NCBI GenBank assembly: GCA_030704615.1
Contig: CM060731.1
Span: 48,732,001 to 48,796,000 of the forward strand
Direction: 5' to 3'
Length of the DNA stretch: 64,000 nucleotides
Source of the DNA: Takakia lepidozioides
Lineage: Eukaryota > Plantae > Bryophyta
A program made the position numbers and the translations under genes. Below are positions 1-11,899 of the stretch, piece after piece (position 1 is the first letter of the stretch; each line of letters opens with the position of its first letter). The notes under the pieces are model-generated. The model was not told where the DNA came from. It did not search any database and saw nothing but the letters and a program-made list of their open reading frames with translations.

Positions 1-241
1 GAAATCCTGTCCATCTATGTCCTTTTCCATATTTTTGTGGCTTTCGGTCTGCAAGGAGATTGGCTGCCTCACCTCAAAATTCCTGTTTTTGCAGCTACAC
101 GTTTGCAATTCTGACTTGCCCAGCAAGATAAGCCCCAGTACATCCATAGCTTGCCTTAGCCCTTCCCCATGTGAATTTGTTAGAAAGTGGAAGTGGTGTC
201 ACAAAGTCACATTGCCTAATAAAACTTGAATGGCCTTGCAG

Positions 242-3200
242 AGATTTGTTTTATCTTTGGCAGGTCCAATTGTAGTACTAGCAGGCCATGAGCAGCAATT
301 GGCCGTAGTCACTCATGCCTCCAACCCCCTACCTTCTGGTGACCAGGTACCTCACACATATTCCTCCCACCGAGTTTATTTGAACTGGTTTCTTTTGGAT
401 CGTTCATTTTTCCAGTGGAGATCAGATTTTGGGGCAAGGACAGCTTAGTAATGTGATCAATTTTCAGGTTAATGTGAACCTGTTCTCAAGTTTATCAGCT
501 CATCAATGGACAGCACTTTGGGTTTTGCCTGGTCGTTGATGCTTTCTTAGTAATACTGTAGGAGAACTGTCAGTCCAGCATAGCTTGACAACTTATGTTT
601 CATCACATAGCAAGTGTACTGTTCCCAAAGATCTAGCATTTTTGAGCAATCTGAGTGCATTCGATTTGACAAGCTGTTTCTCAACTATGGAGCTTTTATC
701 CTTAGGATTTGTACTGGTTACAGCGCTGCAGCTCATGAGTAAGTCAAAATTCTAGCATTACGAAGGCGAGATGCCTGCCTTGAGGACTACAGTGCAGGTT
801 GTCAACTTGAGCCTCTATTTTTGCAGCAAATTTTAAATCATGGCTCGTCAAGCGGGAGCTTGAGGTGACATCATTTACTCATTCAATTTTGGGAATCTGT
901 GAGACTAGGTTCTGGAATTTATGGTGCTGGATGTGAGGGAACAAAGGCGAACCTTAGCTGGGCGGCTCCCATTAAGCCCTGGGGCTACCCTGGCATGGCT
1001 TGGCTTCAGCGAAATGGGCTGTCTGAGTGTGTACGATTCGCTGGTATGGACACCTACCCTTCCCTTTGCGTGTGAAATTTATTCAATGCATTCTTTCCCT
1101 ATAGTGTTGTGGAAGACACCACCTGCCTCCATGCTTGCATTGCCATCTTATTTTTATGCTCAGCCGCCTATTGCTTTGGCGAACCTCTCACTGAGGGCCA
1201 AGAGTTTCACACTGTGTCTGTTTACTGGTGGATGTATGTCAGGGTGTGCTTCGGGTCTACAGTGACGAATACAATGGCTGCTGGATCCCTCTCTTCAGGT
1301 GAGTCTGTATCTGGATTACCTGTCAACCTGCTACTTCCAGATTGAGGAGTGTGGGCAAACAACAAGGGTTGTACATAATTGGAGTGATCACTTACTGGGG
1401 ATCAGTTTTCCTACAGTAGTGGCTACTGGGGAAGAATTACTGGGATGGCTAGCTGTAACAAGCCTGCAGATCTTGATACCCATGTACCAGACTGCTCCCA
1501 AATAAACAAGACTACAACTATCCCCTCTCAGAGATCTGTAAATGCATATCCAAGAAGCCTTTGTCACACACCACCATGTAGGACACTGCTTGTGCCCCTA
1601 TAAAGCTTGTCTCTGTGTGGGAGATGATTTGCAGTTCTGCGGCAGAGAGGAAAGGAGACAACAAAAGCTTTTGGGTGGTAGGCCTAAACAACACCCAGGT
1701 CTTCTGTGTTGTGTGCAAGGCACCCGATGTTGAACCACAGGTACCATCCATCTTCTACACCGTGACTTAGATTAGTCATACTAGAATGTCCCCAGACCAA
1801 AATTTGAAGAGTCAGTGATTGACCCACCTCTTTTCTCGGGTGTTTGCTGACATGCTTGAAGGTGGGAGTGTCTGTGGACAAATTCAGTGACCTGAGCTGC
1901 TCACTTGGGTGGGTTCAATTCAATCCGTCAATTGGTGTGAATTGTGATGTGTCCTAGAGTGACAAGCATTGAGGACCAAGCTAATAGAAAAGGTGGAATG
2001 TTCTTATGTACAGGTGGTTCCTAAGCCAGTTCTGAACGTATTTAACACAGCTGTGCCTGTGGCACACTCAGACTTGGGAGCAGACATCCTGGAAAATGAG
2101 TATTTACGGGGTACAGTGCATCTTACACATGTACGTCCTAAGCAGAGAATCTTCCTCAAGATCCTATGCCTCTCGTCTTGCTTGCATGAAACGCCAGGCC
2201 CTGCCACTACCCACTAGCAAAAATGCATTTAGGCTCAGCTGCTGCAGGTATTCTCTAGCTTGTCTACCGAGCAGTCTCTATGAGAAGTGTGGCTAATTGA
2301 TCAGCCATGTGCACTGGATGCCACCAGATGCGTGCAAAAGCTGACGAAGCAGCTGCGGCAGGATGTGAGGATGAAGAAGAAATTGTGCTGAAGATGGAAG
2401 CAGAACTCGACCGCTGTCTACTGCGCTTAATCGCGGCTGCTTGCAAAGGTACACAGGAGCATCCTGCAAGAGACTTGGCTTATTAGATGGAATCACCTGA
2501 CAGAATGTGATCCAGATTATTCTTTACTGGCCTGTGATTGCAAGAGTTCTTAGATGGGCCAGCCAGGCTTCGGTGATTTAGCTTTAGAGCATTTGCTCAC
2601 CAGAGGCATAGGGATTGGGATGTAGGGGATAAGCTGGCACGCGCTTTGGAGCTCTCCACCCAATTGTCACTTCACAAGTCATTGGAGGGGGCCATCAAAC
2701 TGGTTAATGCCATGCGCTTGCCATCATTGGCGGAGCGCCTCAACCTTATGCTTGAGGTGATTCTTCTACCTGTACTATTGCAATGAGTGGATCATCTCAC
2801 AGTCCTGTACTGTGTTAATCTAACACGAGATCATCTTTGAATCTATCATCCTTGTGTATTTGTACAGCAGGCACTGTCTGACTAATGTCCTTTGTTGGGT
2901 TGGTCCCTCTTGGGTTGTGTTGGGGGGGTTTTCAATAAAACAGGGAAGGATAGCACAGGAGAGGTCAGAAACTGGAGCAACTCTGCACAGTGGGGACATA
3001 AGTGCTCAGCTGGCCTCCATCCCCACCTACAGCAATGTTGGTGTCACTTTGGCTGGGGCCCCAAAAACACCTGGGCCCCTAAACACCCGACCGCCATCTC
3101 TCGCAGAAGTTCGAACCTGGGTCCCTGAAAGAGGTGCTGGGGTACCATCCTCTCTGACTGGCACTAGTGCAGAGAGCATGTCAAAACAGCCTGGTGCGAC

Positions 3201-3570
3201 ACGTCCTTTCCAACCAATATTAACAAAGGCTCACAAAAGGATTAATTTAGACACCGTCGAATGCGAGCAGAAAACCCTTCTTGAACTAGGCAGCTCTAGT
3301 GACGAGAGTCACAGAAGTCCATTGGAAAAAGCCAAGCTCTCCCAAGGACCTAGCACTGCTGATGGTCGATGCAAACCAAGTAACCCCTTTGCCAAGTCCA
3401 GCCCTTCTGCTATCAAAGATAGAGAGTGCTCGGATAAGAATGTGTCCCTATTGAAGTCTCTTAAGAAGATGCAGAATGGGGCCACCGAACTAGATGCAAA
3501 GAGAAAGGCCAGTGCCATGCCCATTGCGTCCAGCACTTTTCAGCGACGGCCATTGAAAGTAGGCCTTTGA
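242..3570 (+). CDS. WDHD1: WD repeat/HMG-box DNA-binding protein 1 (CTF4/AND-1; Arabidopsis EOL1-like), 5'-partial. Exons 242-346, 909-1043, 1243-1298, 1635-1740, 2014-2130, 2328-2448, 2626-2756, 2944-3570
   Basis: GT-AG exons join in frame. SepB-region motifs RLPLSPGATLAWLGFSEMGCLSVYDS, GVLRVYSDEYNGCWIPLF and FWVVGL, a helical ELDRCLLRLIAAACK..ARALEL..LEGAIKL..LAERL segment, and a C-terminal PSNPFAK motif. The gene start lies upstream of the window. Confidence 0.88.
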
Positions 3571-3704
3571 AAGTAGGAAACACCATCTGATTGACTCTCA
3601 CAGTAGATTTACAACGAATTGTAATGATTCGGGTATTCATGATTTTAAAACATTTGAGGTCATTTGAAGGACAACCTGCGTCCACAAACTGATTAGTAGC
3701 ACCT

Positions 3705-3930
3705 GCGGCTGGTAGCTCAATTGGATATGTGCATTGTGTGTCACCCTGGTGGATTAGGTTTCAAATCCTGCTACTCAGTCCTGTGGGTATGATTTGTTTC
3801 GTGACCGGTTGGTTTTGGGGTTGATGTTTCCCTCCTGTGTGCCTCTGAAAGGGGGTTAACTTTTCCTCCTCAAGGGCCTGAATTTTGAGCAGTTATTATG
3901 TTTATTGTTTTATTATTTTATTATTTTTAC
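3705..3930 (+). mobile_element. Putative tRNA-derived SINE remnant
   Basis: A-box-like TAGCTCAATTGG (3713-3724) and B-box-like GGTTTCAAATCC (3757-3768) at tRNA-like spacing, but no intact cloverleaf; followed by an AT-rich low-complexity tail. Confidence 0.4.
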
Positions 3931-4014
3931 GCTTTACTACATATATGAGACCAGGTAAGATAATAGAAATGGGGCTGGGGCTAATAATATAATAGTACGA
4001 TAATAAAAGACTGG

Positions 4015-7000
4015 ATACTAGAAAGCCGCAAGAACCCATTACCCAAGGTTTTGATCACACGCCCTCATTGAAGCTTCACTATCTTTCCTTAACGCTCATC
4101 GTAGAGGTAGGGGTATCTAGAGGCTAAACTCCTCCCTTCTCAATATTCTATCCTTTAAGCAGGCATTAAAGGATGATTGGCATAATTCAGGCAACCATTT
4201 AAGCTGCCCCATAGAGAGGTTTTCCTCTAAGTTGGCGGCTACCTGCAGATGCAGCCAGATCCTTGGTAAAGGCATTGCTGCAGCCAGAACCAGGAAGGTT
4301 AGGGCCCTTAAAAAATGTCTTGGAGTATGCCAAACAAAAATCGAATCTCGCGCTTGCGATGACCACACGTTTCAGACTTACCTTGAGGCCAGATTCAATC
4401 TAGGGATCTTTCAGGAACAACAACAGGAAAAAATGCGTATGCAAGCAGGGGTCAACTGGTTTGCCAAAGGAGAGAAAATGACTAAGTATTTCTTTCAGAA
4501 AACCAAGCTTAGAAGGGCTATGCAAACCATTCTTGAATTGTATATTGACAGTCAAGGCAACAAATCTTCCAAACCAAAGGAGCTCTGTGGGTTGGCTTTC
4601 AAGCACTTCAGCTCCCTGATCCAAGTAGATCCGGTGGGGGTGGACAATGCCCAATTGCTTCAGGCATGCCTGCAATCTACCCCATGTCAATACAGGGAAG
4701 GGGATGACCAAGCCTTGTCCAAAGACTTCACCCCTATGGAGCTGGAGGATGCTCTGGACCAGATGTGCAAGGATAAAACTCCCGGTCTTGACGGGATGCC
4801 AATGGAGTTTTACAAGGCCTTCTGGCCTCGCATCGCTCAAGAGTTCTGTGACATGGCAAATGAAATCCATAGGAAAGGTGCTATGCCAGGTTCCATGTCT
4901 CAAGGGGTCATTACTCTTTTTTTTTAAAAGGGGGATAGAGCCGACATTAATAACTATAGGCCCATAACGTTGCTTAACGTGGTCTATAAAATTATTGCCA
5001 AGGCCCTGGCACTTAGGCTCCAGCCCCTTCTCCCTTCGTTGATTAGAACAGGTCAATCCGGGTTTGTTAAAAGGAGGTATATCTTGGATAACGTCCTTCT
5101 GGCCCAGGAGGCGGATACATATGCCAAGGCATCAAATCAGGCGTTGGCACTCTGGCTGCTTGACTTTGAGAAGGCATTCGACAAAGTGGGTTGGGATTTT
5201 CTTTTGGCGGTTCTACAAAAATGTGGGCTGCCACCCTCATTCTGCAAGTGGGTTAACATCCTTATCCGCAATAGCTCCAGCAGGGTTATTATAAATGGCC
5301 ATTTGTCAAAACCATTTGCCCTACAGAGATCGGTGCGACAGGGATGCCCTCTCTCGCCTTTCATCTTTCTGTTTGTGGCGGACACTTTGGGTTACATGTT
5401 GGAGGTTAACCCTGTAGTGAGGGGCCTTCAAATGCATGGCTTCAGAGCGGATGCTGCCCTTCAGATCAAAGATTCTATGTTTGTTGATGACACCTTTCTC
5501 CTGCTTCAAGCTGAGCCGACGGCCCTGGAAACAGCCCAATGCACGATTGACACATTCTGCAAGGTATGAATTGGTCGAAAACCAAGGCTCTTCAGGTGGG
5601 GGATATTTCAAAGTCTGGTCTGGGGGTCTCCCCCGTATGGGAGGCAAACTTGGGTTTGATCTGGCTCAAGGATGGAGAGTCCACCACCCTCTTGGGCCAT
5701 GTCTTCGGGATTAATCTCTCGGAAGACCAACGTCTGGGGCCCACTATAGCCAGGCTGAAGGGGCAACTAACCTTTTGGGGCTCTCGGTTCCTCTCCATTA
5801 CTGGGAGGGCTCTGGTGGCTAACCAAATCCTTTTGGCCGGTATTTGGTATTTTGCCTCCACTTGGAGTCCCAGCTCTAAACATATCCACGAAATCAAAAA
5901 GTGTATTAGGAACTTTATTTGGGGGGCCCATTCATTGGACTCTAACAAACGCCCCCAAGTGTCTTGGATTCAAATCATAATGCCCAAGAAAATGGGTGGC
6001 CTCGGTGTCTTGGATCCTGAAACCCAGATCAAAGCCCTGTTGGGAAAATGGCTCCCCAGATTCCTGAGTCCAGAAGGAGGTTGGTGGAAAGTTATGGTGA
6101 CAGATTCTATTTCCCTCAGTTCACCCCTGAATTCCACTCAATGGTCTAGTCCATCTTTGAGATGGATCACTCAAGGTTATCGTCATAAATCCCCTGGCTC
6201 CTCCCTTTGGACCTCTATTTGGTTGGCTTGGGGGAAGTGCCGACCCTTCCTGCGACAGAGAGAGCCTGCTTCCTTCTGTGAAGTGCTCAGGCAACACCTG
6301 TTCCTCAACAAGCCAGTCCCATCAGCTATGGAGAGGAGCCAAGCCACAAGGTGGCAGGGATGGGATGCAAGGGGCCTCTCACAGGTCAGCCATCTGTGGT
6401 TCAGTACCCCTATTTCTCTTTCCAGAACTCTTGGAAACCAAAGACTCTCCGCTGGCATTGCCTCAGTTCTGCAATCAGTTCCAGACTCGTGGAGAGACAT
6501 GCTCAGGCAGGGCCCATCCTCTCCGTCTACGTATCAGTGGGTGACCACACCGGATCATCATTTTCAGGTCATGTTCATAACGGAAGCCTCACGTTTTAAC
6601 CTAGTGGGTTTTGCATTCAGGGCCCATCCGTATACAGGTGCTCTCTCGCTGCACTCATCCGACTCTATCTCAATCCCAAATGCAAACACCCCACCAGCCA
6701 GAATCTGCCACTGGAACTCCAAGCTCAAAGATTTTAATCCATCCCTTCCATCCAACACGCGGGTTCTACCCTGGTTACGATCAAGAACCTTCATTTGGAT
6801 TGGAGGTCAGGCCATCCAGGACCTGTAAATCGATCCAGCAGAATGGCACTGGGAATTCGGGGACAAGATTTGTTCCTTCTTCAATTACACGGCCAAGGGT
6901 GCCTACAGAGCGATGCTGAAGGCCGAGCCTCTAACCAAAAATGGGACGACAGATGGGGCTTATTCCAATTTAGAGGGGAAAACTGAAAGTGCATTTGGGC

Positions 7001-8047
7001 TCTGATTTGGGAGAAATCCAAACCGACAAAACTCAGTGCCTTTCTTTGGCACATTGTAAATAGGGTTTTGAAGGTTGGGCAATTTCTAAACTTCCAAGAG
7101 GCCCTACTCTGCAGATGCTGCCCCATTGGGGTTATTGAATCTTTGGAACACTACCTTCTTTTCTGTAAAGGGCCGTCAACTATCTGGCCCTTGGTTTGGT
7201 CACTTTACAGGGTTTGGTCAAACATCGCTCAGGACCCCATAGCCCTCCTGCTAAATTACAACCAAACAACCAAGTCCAAGGTGTCCACCATGCCCATTTT
7301 TGAGGCCCTCGCTCAGCAACACTGTGGCAAATCTGGAATGCTCGGTGCAGATGGACATTAAACAATGCTTCCTCCTCCTATACATAAATCCTTGCATGTG
7401 TTTTCTATGATGTTACAATTGCAGCTAAGTTGGCCTGGCAAAAACTATGTGTAGAAGTAGACAAGAAACCAGAACGAAAAGACTCCCTCCTCGCCTCCTT
7501 CAGAGCATCTTGGGGAAGAAGAGGAATCATTTGTTGCATCATTGATACAGACTCATGTTCATGGGCAGACTCCTCCTGAACTCTGGAAACACCGATGGGG
7601 CACCGTCTTCGGCCTCCCCTGATCTGGACTCGAGAGATATTAACTGGAAGCACATAAAGAGGGGATCTCAATCTAAGTTGATCTTCCTCAAATAGACATC
7701 TTCAGAGTTTCACTCCTTGGCCGTTCTGGCCTGTGTTCTTACTGTTCGTCGTTCCGTCCGGTTCCATCTACATTGGGCCACCTCTCTCTTGGAGTCTTTT
7801 CAAAGCTATGAACTAATCGCACATTAGCTCTCTACGCTATGGCAAATCTTGCAACCAATAATAGATGGCTCTACCAGGCCTGCATGCGTAGCTAGGTCTA
7901 TTTTCTACCATGTTATCTGATCGTTGGAATCTCCAACACGGCCTCCATGTGGTAAGCCTCATGGCACTTGTAAGGGTTTAATTTTTTCCCTTTTTAATAA
8001 ATTTTTAGGGCTTCTCATCCCTTTAAATAAAAAATAAATAAAAATTA
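4015..8047 (+). mobile_element. 5'-truncated, decayed L1/Tx1-like LINE (end of endonuclease, RT, zf-RVT/CCHC) with A-rich tail and 10-bp TSD
   Basis: RT motifs KTPGLDG, YRPITLLNVVYKIIAKALA, LDFEKAFDKV, RQGCPLSP and FVDD. C-terminal W..IW..P.K..FLW and C..C...ESLEHYLLFC. TSD AAAAGACTGG at 4005-4014 and 8048-8057. Frameshifts near 4920, 5563 and 6940; premature stops at 4118, 6826 and 6984. Confidence 0.93.
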
Positions 8048-8480
8048 AAAAGACTGGGGCTTCACCCCTTTCCAATATATAGAAATGATGTAAGAACTTA
8101 ATTCACACGAGCAACCTCTGACATGATGGGACGCCGGTTTCTGGCATGTCAAATCTTCCCCACCCTCTCTTGAGGTGACATGGAACTGAAGGAGTGTAAA
8201 CTCCAGGGGTTACACGATAAGTCGTGTAACTCCACTCGGGGTTACACAGAATGGAATGTCGGTGTAACCCACACTTGGTCTCAGAATTTGACTAAGTCCA
8301 AATGTGGCTAAGTATAAAATGGACAGAATGTATTAGGGTGGGAACGTGGAAGGTAGGTGCAGGGCCGGCACACTGTCGTCTGTGCGAGGAAGCAGGCTAT
8401 GGTGATGTGGTGGAGGCATTCAGGGCAGTGGCGGTCGGCATTGCAGCAAGGGGGATCGTTGGGGAGCCAGGGCATCAGGT

Positions 8481-10739
8481 ATGGCAGTGCGATTGACAGT
8501 TGCGCGCTGTCCTGCGGACATAGATGCTCAGGAAGGATGTGGGATTCCGTGGGGCGCGACTGTGGTGCCTTTCGCGGCAGTGGATGAGCATGGACGAGCC
8601 CCGGAGCAGGGGGTGCAAGGTCAGCTGCTGCCGCGGTGTGAGAGCTGCTGGGCCTACATCAACTGTCTTTGTGATGTGGACAAGTGGGCCTGGACTTGTG
8701 CCATTTGTGGCAATCTGAATGCGCTTACTGATGCCCATTCTGCTCGTTATCAGAGATCTCAAGCCCCGGAGCTCTCGTCCTCCTTCTTTGACGTGGATCT
8801 TGATGAAGAGGAACCCAATCCAGAAGAGGAATTCCAGGCGAGACCTGTTTTCGTAGCGGCTGTGGACCTCTCTGCTTCTGAAGAATTCCTGGAGCTGGTA
8901 AAGAGTTCCCTCCTTGCTGCTCTTGAAGCTATTCATCCAGGATCACTATTCGGACTTGTGAGCTTCAGTCACAAAATAGGGCTGTATGATGTACAAGGGC
9001 CTGTTCCAGTGGTGAAGCATGTCCTCGTCCCAGCTGACATGGATGCACCCCTTCCTGTGGAATTGGGTAAGGCTATGCCATTACTGTCATTTCTAGCTCC
9101 TGTGGAGGGCAATAAGGAGCACATTGCGGCGGCACTTGAAACCTTGAAACCGACAAGCTCTTGGGAGCGGGCTACAGCAGCAGGACAGGGCATTGAGGGG
9201 GTATCCATGGGTGGCCGTGGATTCGGTGTAGCCATGGACGCCCTCGTCAAGTATTTTGGATCTGAACATGGCATAACTTTTGCTATGGCACGCCTGTTTG
9301 CATTTCTGTCAGGTCCACCTGACTACGGGGCTGGACAGCTAGACACGAAACGTTATGGGGAGCAGTATGCAAGCAAGGGTCTGGATGCAGACAAAGCTCT
9401 GCTTCCTGAGCAAACTCCTTTCTACAAAGATTTGGCTGCAATGGCTGTGCAAGCAGGCGTATGTGTGGATATATTTGCAATCACAAATGAGTACACAGAC
9501 TTGGCATCCCTCAAGTATTTGAGCATTGAAAGTGGTGGTGGGCTTCTTCTGTATTCCAACACCGATGAAGCAACACTTCCACAAGACCTATATCGAATGC
9601 TCAGTCGTCCATATGCATTTGGATGTGTTCTGCGTGTTCGAACCTCGCCTCCGTTCAAGCCTGCCAAAGTATATGGGCATTACTTTCCAGATCCTCAATA
9701 TGAGAATGTTCAGCATATAATATGCTGTGATGCATATGCAACATATGCCTTTGATTTTGAGTTTTCCAGCACAGCTGGCTTCACCCGGAATGTGGAAGCT
9801 CCACCGACAATGCAAGTTGCCTTCCAGTATTCAATCCTGCTTCCTCCAGACCACACTTCAAAGCAATTGGCTGGTGCTGGGAACCACAACAATGGTTCAG
9901 CTCCTGTGAACAGGCAGCAGTACACACTCAAGAGGCGGCTGAGAGTACGAACTCTTCCAATTGGAGTAGCTTCCAACTTCACTGAATTGTACGAGAGTGC
10001 AGATCCCGAGGTCATCCTCACCCTCCTCACACACAAGATCATCCAGGCATCATTGGAGAATGGGGTAAAGGAGGCACGGGCGCTGTTGCATGACTGGCTC
10101 GTCATTCTTACTGCTCAGTACAATGACTACTACAAGCTTGCCCAGTTTGAGGAGCCTGGCACCAATGCTCGGCTGGATGTCTCATTCTCTAAGTGCCCTC
10201 AGTTGCAGGCATTGCCACGCCATGTATTTGCTCTTCTTCGCAGCCCACTTCTCCTCAGCCATGAGCAAGGCGTGCATCCTGATTACCGGATATTTCTTCA
10301 ATGCCTTTTCAGTGGATTGGAGCCATCATATCTGCTGAGAGCGGTGTATCCCGTGTTGTCATCCTATGAAACACCAGACAAGCAGGCATACCCACGGCAC
10401 TCACTAAGTCGTGCAGCCCTTATAACGAGTGGCAGCCCCATCTTCTTTTTGGATGCATTCACCTCCCTCATTGTCTACTACTCGCCTACTGCTGACCCAG
10501 CTCTGCCTTTTCCTCCACCCCAAAATTGTTTGTTGCGAGGGGTCATCAATAAGCTGAAACAGGAGAGAAACATAACTCCCAAGTTGCTCATGATCAGGGG
10601 AGGCCATGACAACACGGAGCCCTTCGAGCGTTACTTGATAGAAGAGCAGGATGTGGATGGCAGTGGGCTAGCGCCGGGCATGGGTTTTGTATCATTTTTG
10701 GACCAAATTGCACATGATGTCATCAAGTATATGAAGTGA
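8481..10739 (+). CDS. SEC23: Sec23/Sec24-family COPII coat protein (At2g27460/SEC23D-like), single exon, 752 aa
   Basis: Uninterrupted ORF. N-terminus MAVRLTVARCP..QE..GIPWG..V.PF, zinc finger CESC..CAIC, trunk/vWA (FVAAVDLS, FGLVSFSHKIGLYD), then beta-sandwich, helical and gelsolin-like C-terminal regions. Confidence 0.9.
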   Translation: MAVRLTVARCPADIDAQEGCGIPWGATVVPFAAVDEHGRAPEQGVQGQLLPRCESCWAYINCLCDVDKWAWTCAICGNLNALTDAHSARYQRSQAPELSSSFFDVDLDEEEPNPEEEFQARPVFVAAVDLSASEEFLELVKSSLLAALEAIHPGSLFGLVSFSHKIGLYDVQGPVPVVKHVLVPADMDAPLPVELGKAMPLLSFLAPVEGNKEHIAAALETLKPTSSWERATAAGQGIEGVSMGGRGFGVAMDALVKYFGSEHGITFAMARLFAFLSGPPDYGAGQLDTKRYGEQYASKGLDADKALLPEQTPFYKDLAAMAVQAGVCVDIFAITNEYTDLASLKYLSIESGGGLLLYSNTDEATLPQDLYRMLSRPYAFGCVLRVRTSPPFKPAKVYGHYFPDPQYENVQHIICCDAYATYAFDFEFSSTAGFTRNVEAPPTMQVAFQYSILLPPDHTSKQLAGAGNHNNGSAPVNRQQYTLKRRLRVRTLPIGVASNFTELYESADPEVILTLLTHKIIQASLENGVKEARALLHDWLVILTAQYNDYYKLAQFEEPGTNARLDVSFSKCPQLQALPRHVFALLRSPLLLSHEQGVHPDYRIFLQCLFSGLEPSYLLRAVYPVLSSYETPDKQAYPRHSLSRAALITSGSPIFFLDAFTSLIVYYSPTADPALPFPPPQNCLLRGVINKLKQERNITPKLLMIRGGHDNTEPFERYLIEEQDVDGSGLAPGMGFVSFLDQIAHDVIKYMK

Positions 10740-10956
10740 TTGAATCTTGACTTGACACACTGGGAGCTTGAATTTGTTTCTAGATTGTCCACTTAACTTA
10801 TGTGTGGCCCTCTTATAAATCATCTGGCTTACCAAGAAAAAGAAAAAGGGACTAACTAGATACATGAAAGACCTGGGTTACAGAGGGTTAGACAGATTGG
10901 ATAACTACTACCCAGGTTACACTACAAGAGCCTCCCATCAAGAACGGAACCCCCAA

Positions 10957-11590
10957 CCTTGCCGCCTTCATTGCTGTCACCTTACCATCAAGCCCATGAC
11001 ATGGCTACGATGATGTGGCTAGATGATGTGGCTATGATGACGTGGTGATGATGACATGGCGTCGATGACGTGAAGCCTTGCCGCATTCATTGTTGTCACC
11101 TTACCATCACGCCCATGACATGGCGACAATGACGTGAAGCCTGGCCGCCTTCATTGCTGGCACCTTACCATCACGCCATGACATGGCAACAATGACGTGA
11201 AGCCTTGTCGCCTTCATTGATGTCACCTTACCAGCACGCCCAAGACGCGGTGCCTTGCCGCCTTCATTGCTGTCACCTTACCATCATGCCCAAAATATAG
11301 GACTAGGAAACGCAAATAGCCTTGTGAAGTGGAGTTGATTCGACGACAATGACATGTTGACGATGACATGGCAACAATGACGTGAAGCCTTGTCGCCTTC
11401 ATTGATGTCACCTTACCAGCACGCCCAAGACGCGGTGCCTTGCCGCCTTCATTGCTGTCACCTTACCATCATGCCCAAAATATAGGACTAGGAAACGCAA
11501 ATAGCCTTGTGAAGTGGAGTTGATTCGACGACAATGACATGTTGACGATGACATGGCAACAATGACGTGGCAAAAATGACATGGCACTAT
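10957..11590. repeat. Compound tandem repeat: 7 copies of a ~38-bp core plus a perfect 185-bp duplication
   Basis: CCTTGCCGCCTTCATTGCTGTCACCTTACCATCA-like core at ~10957, 11076, 11139, 11203, 11253, 11388 and 11438; segment 11178-11362 is repeated at 11363-11547. Confidence 0.9.
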
Positions 11591-11899
11591 GGCACCCTAT
11601 TCCTGCTTTAGCTTCCAACCTTCAGAGGTAAGAAAGGGGGGGGGAGGATTTGACAGGGGCCCCGCCGGAGTAGCCCAGGCTGCAGGAATCCGGCGAAACT
11701 ACCGTCAGATCGCGTCAGATACATTATTCCTATTGTCTTCCGCGTTGTATTAATAAAGAACAATATTGTTTGCCATCGGGCAGCTGCCACACGTCAGCCT
11801 GCTGACGTAGCGGGGGAAAGGGGTTGAAAATGGCAACCAACAAGAGCAAGAGCAGAGCGATGGTGCGGCCGACAAGCCTTGTGTTGTGTGCGTGCAGCG

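Noticed and set aside
3705-3780. Functional tRNA gene
   Set aside because: A/B boxes are present but the acceptor and anticodon stems do not form.
4400-5056. 218-aa minus-strand ORF
   Set aside because: Antisense shadow of the LINE ORF2.
10957-11590. CRISPR array
   Set aside because: Eukaryotic context with no cas genes; the 'spacers' vary widely in length and are repeats of each other.
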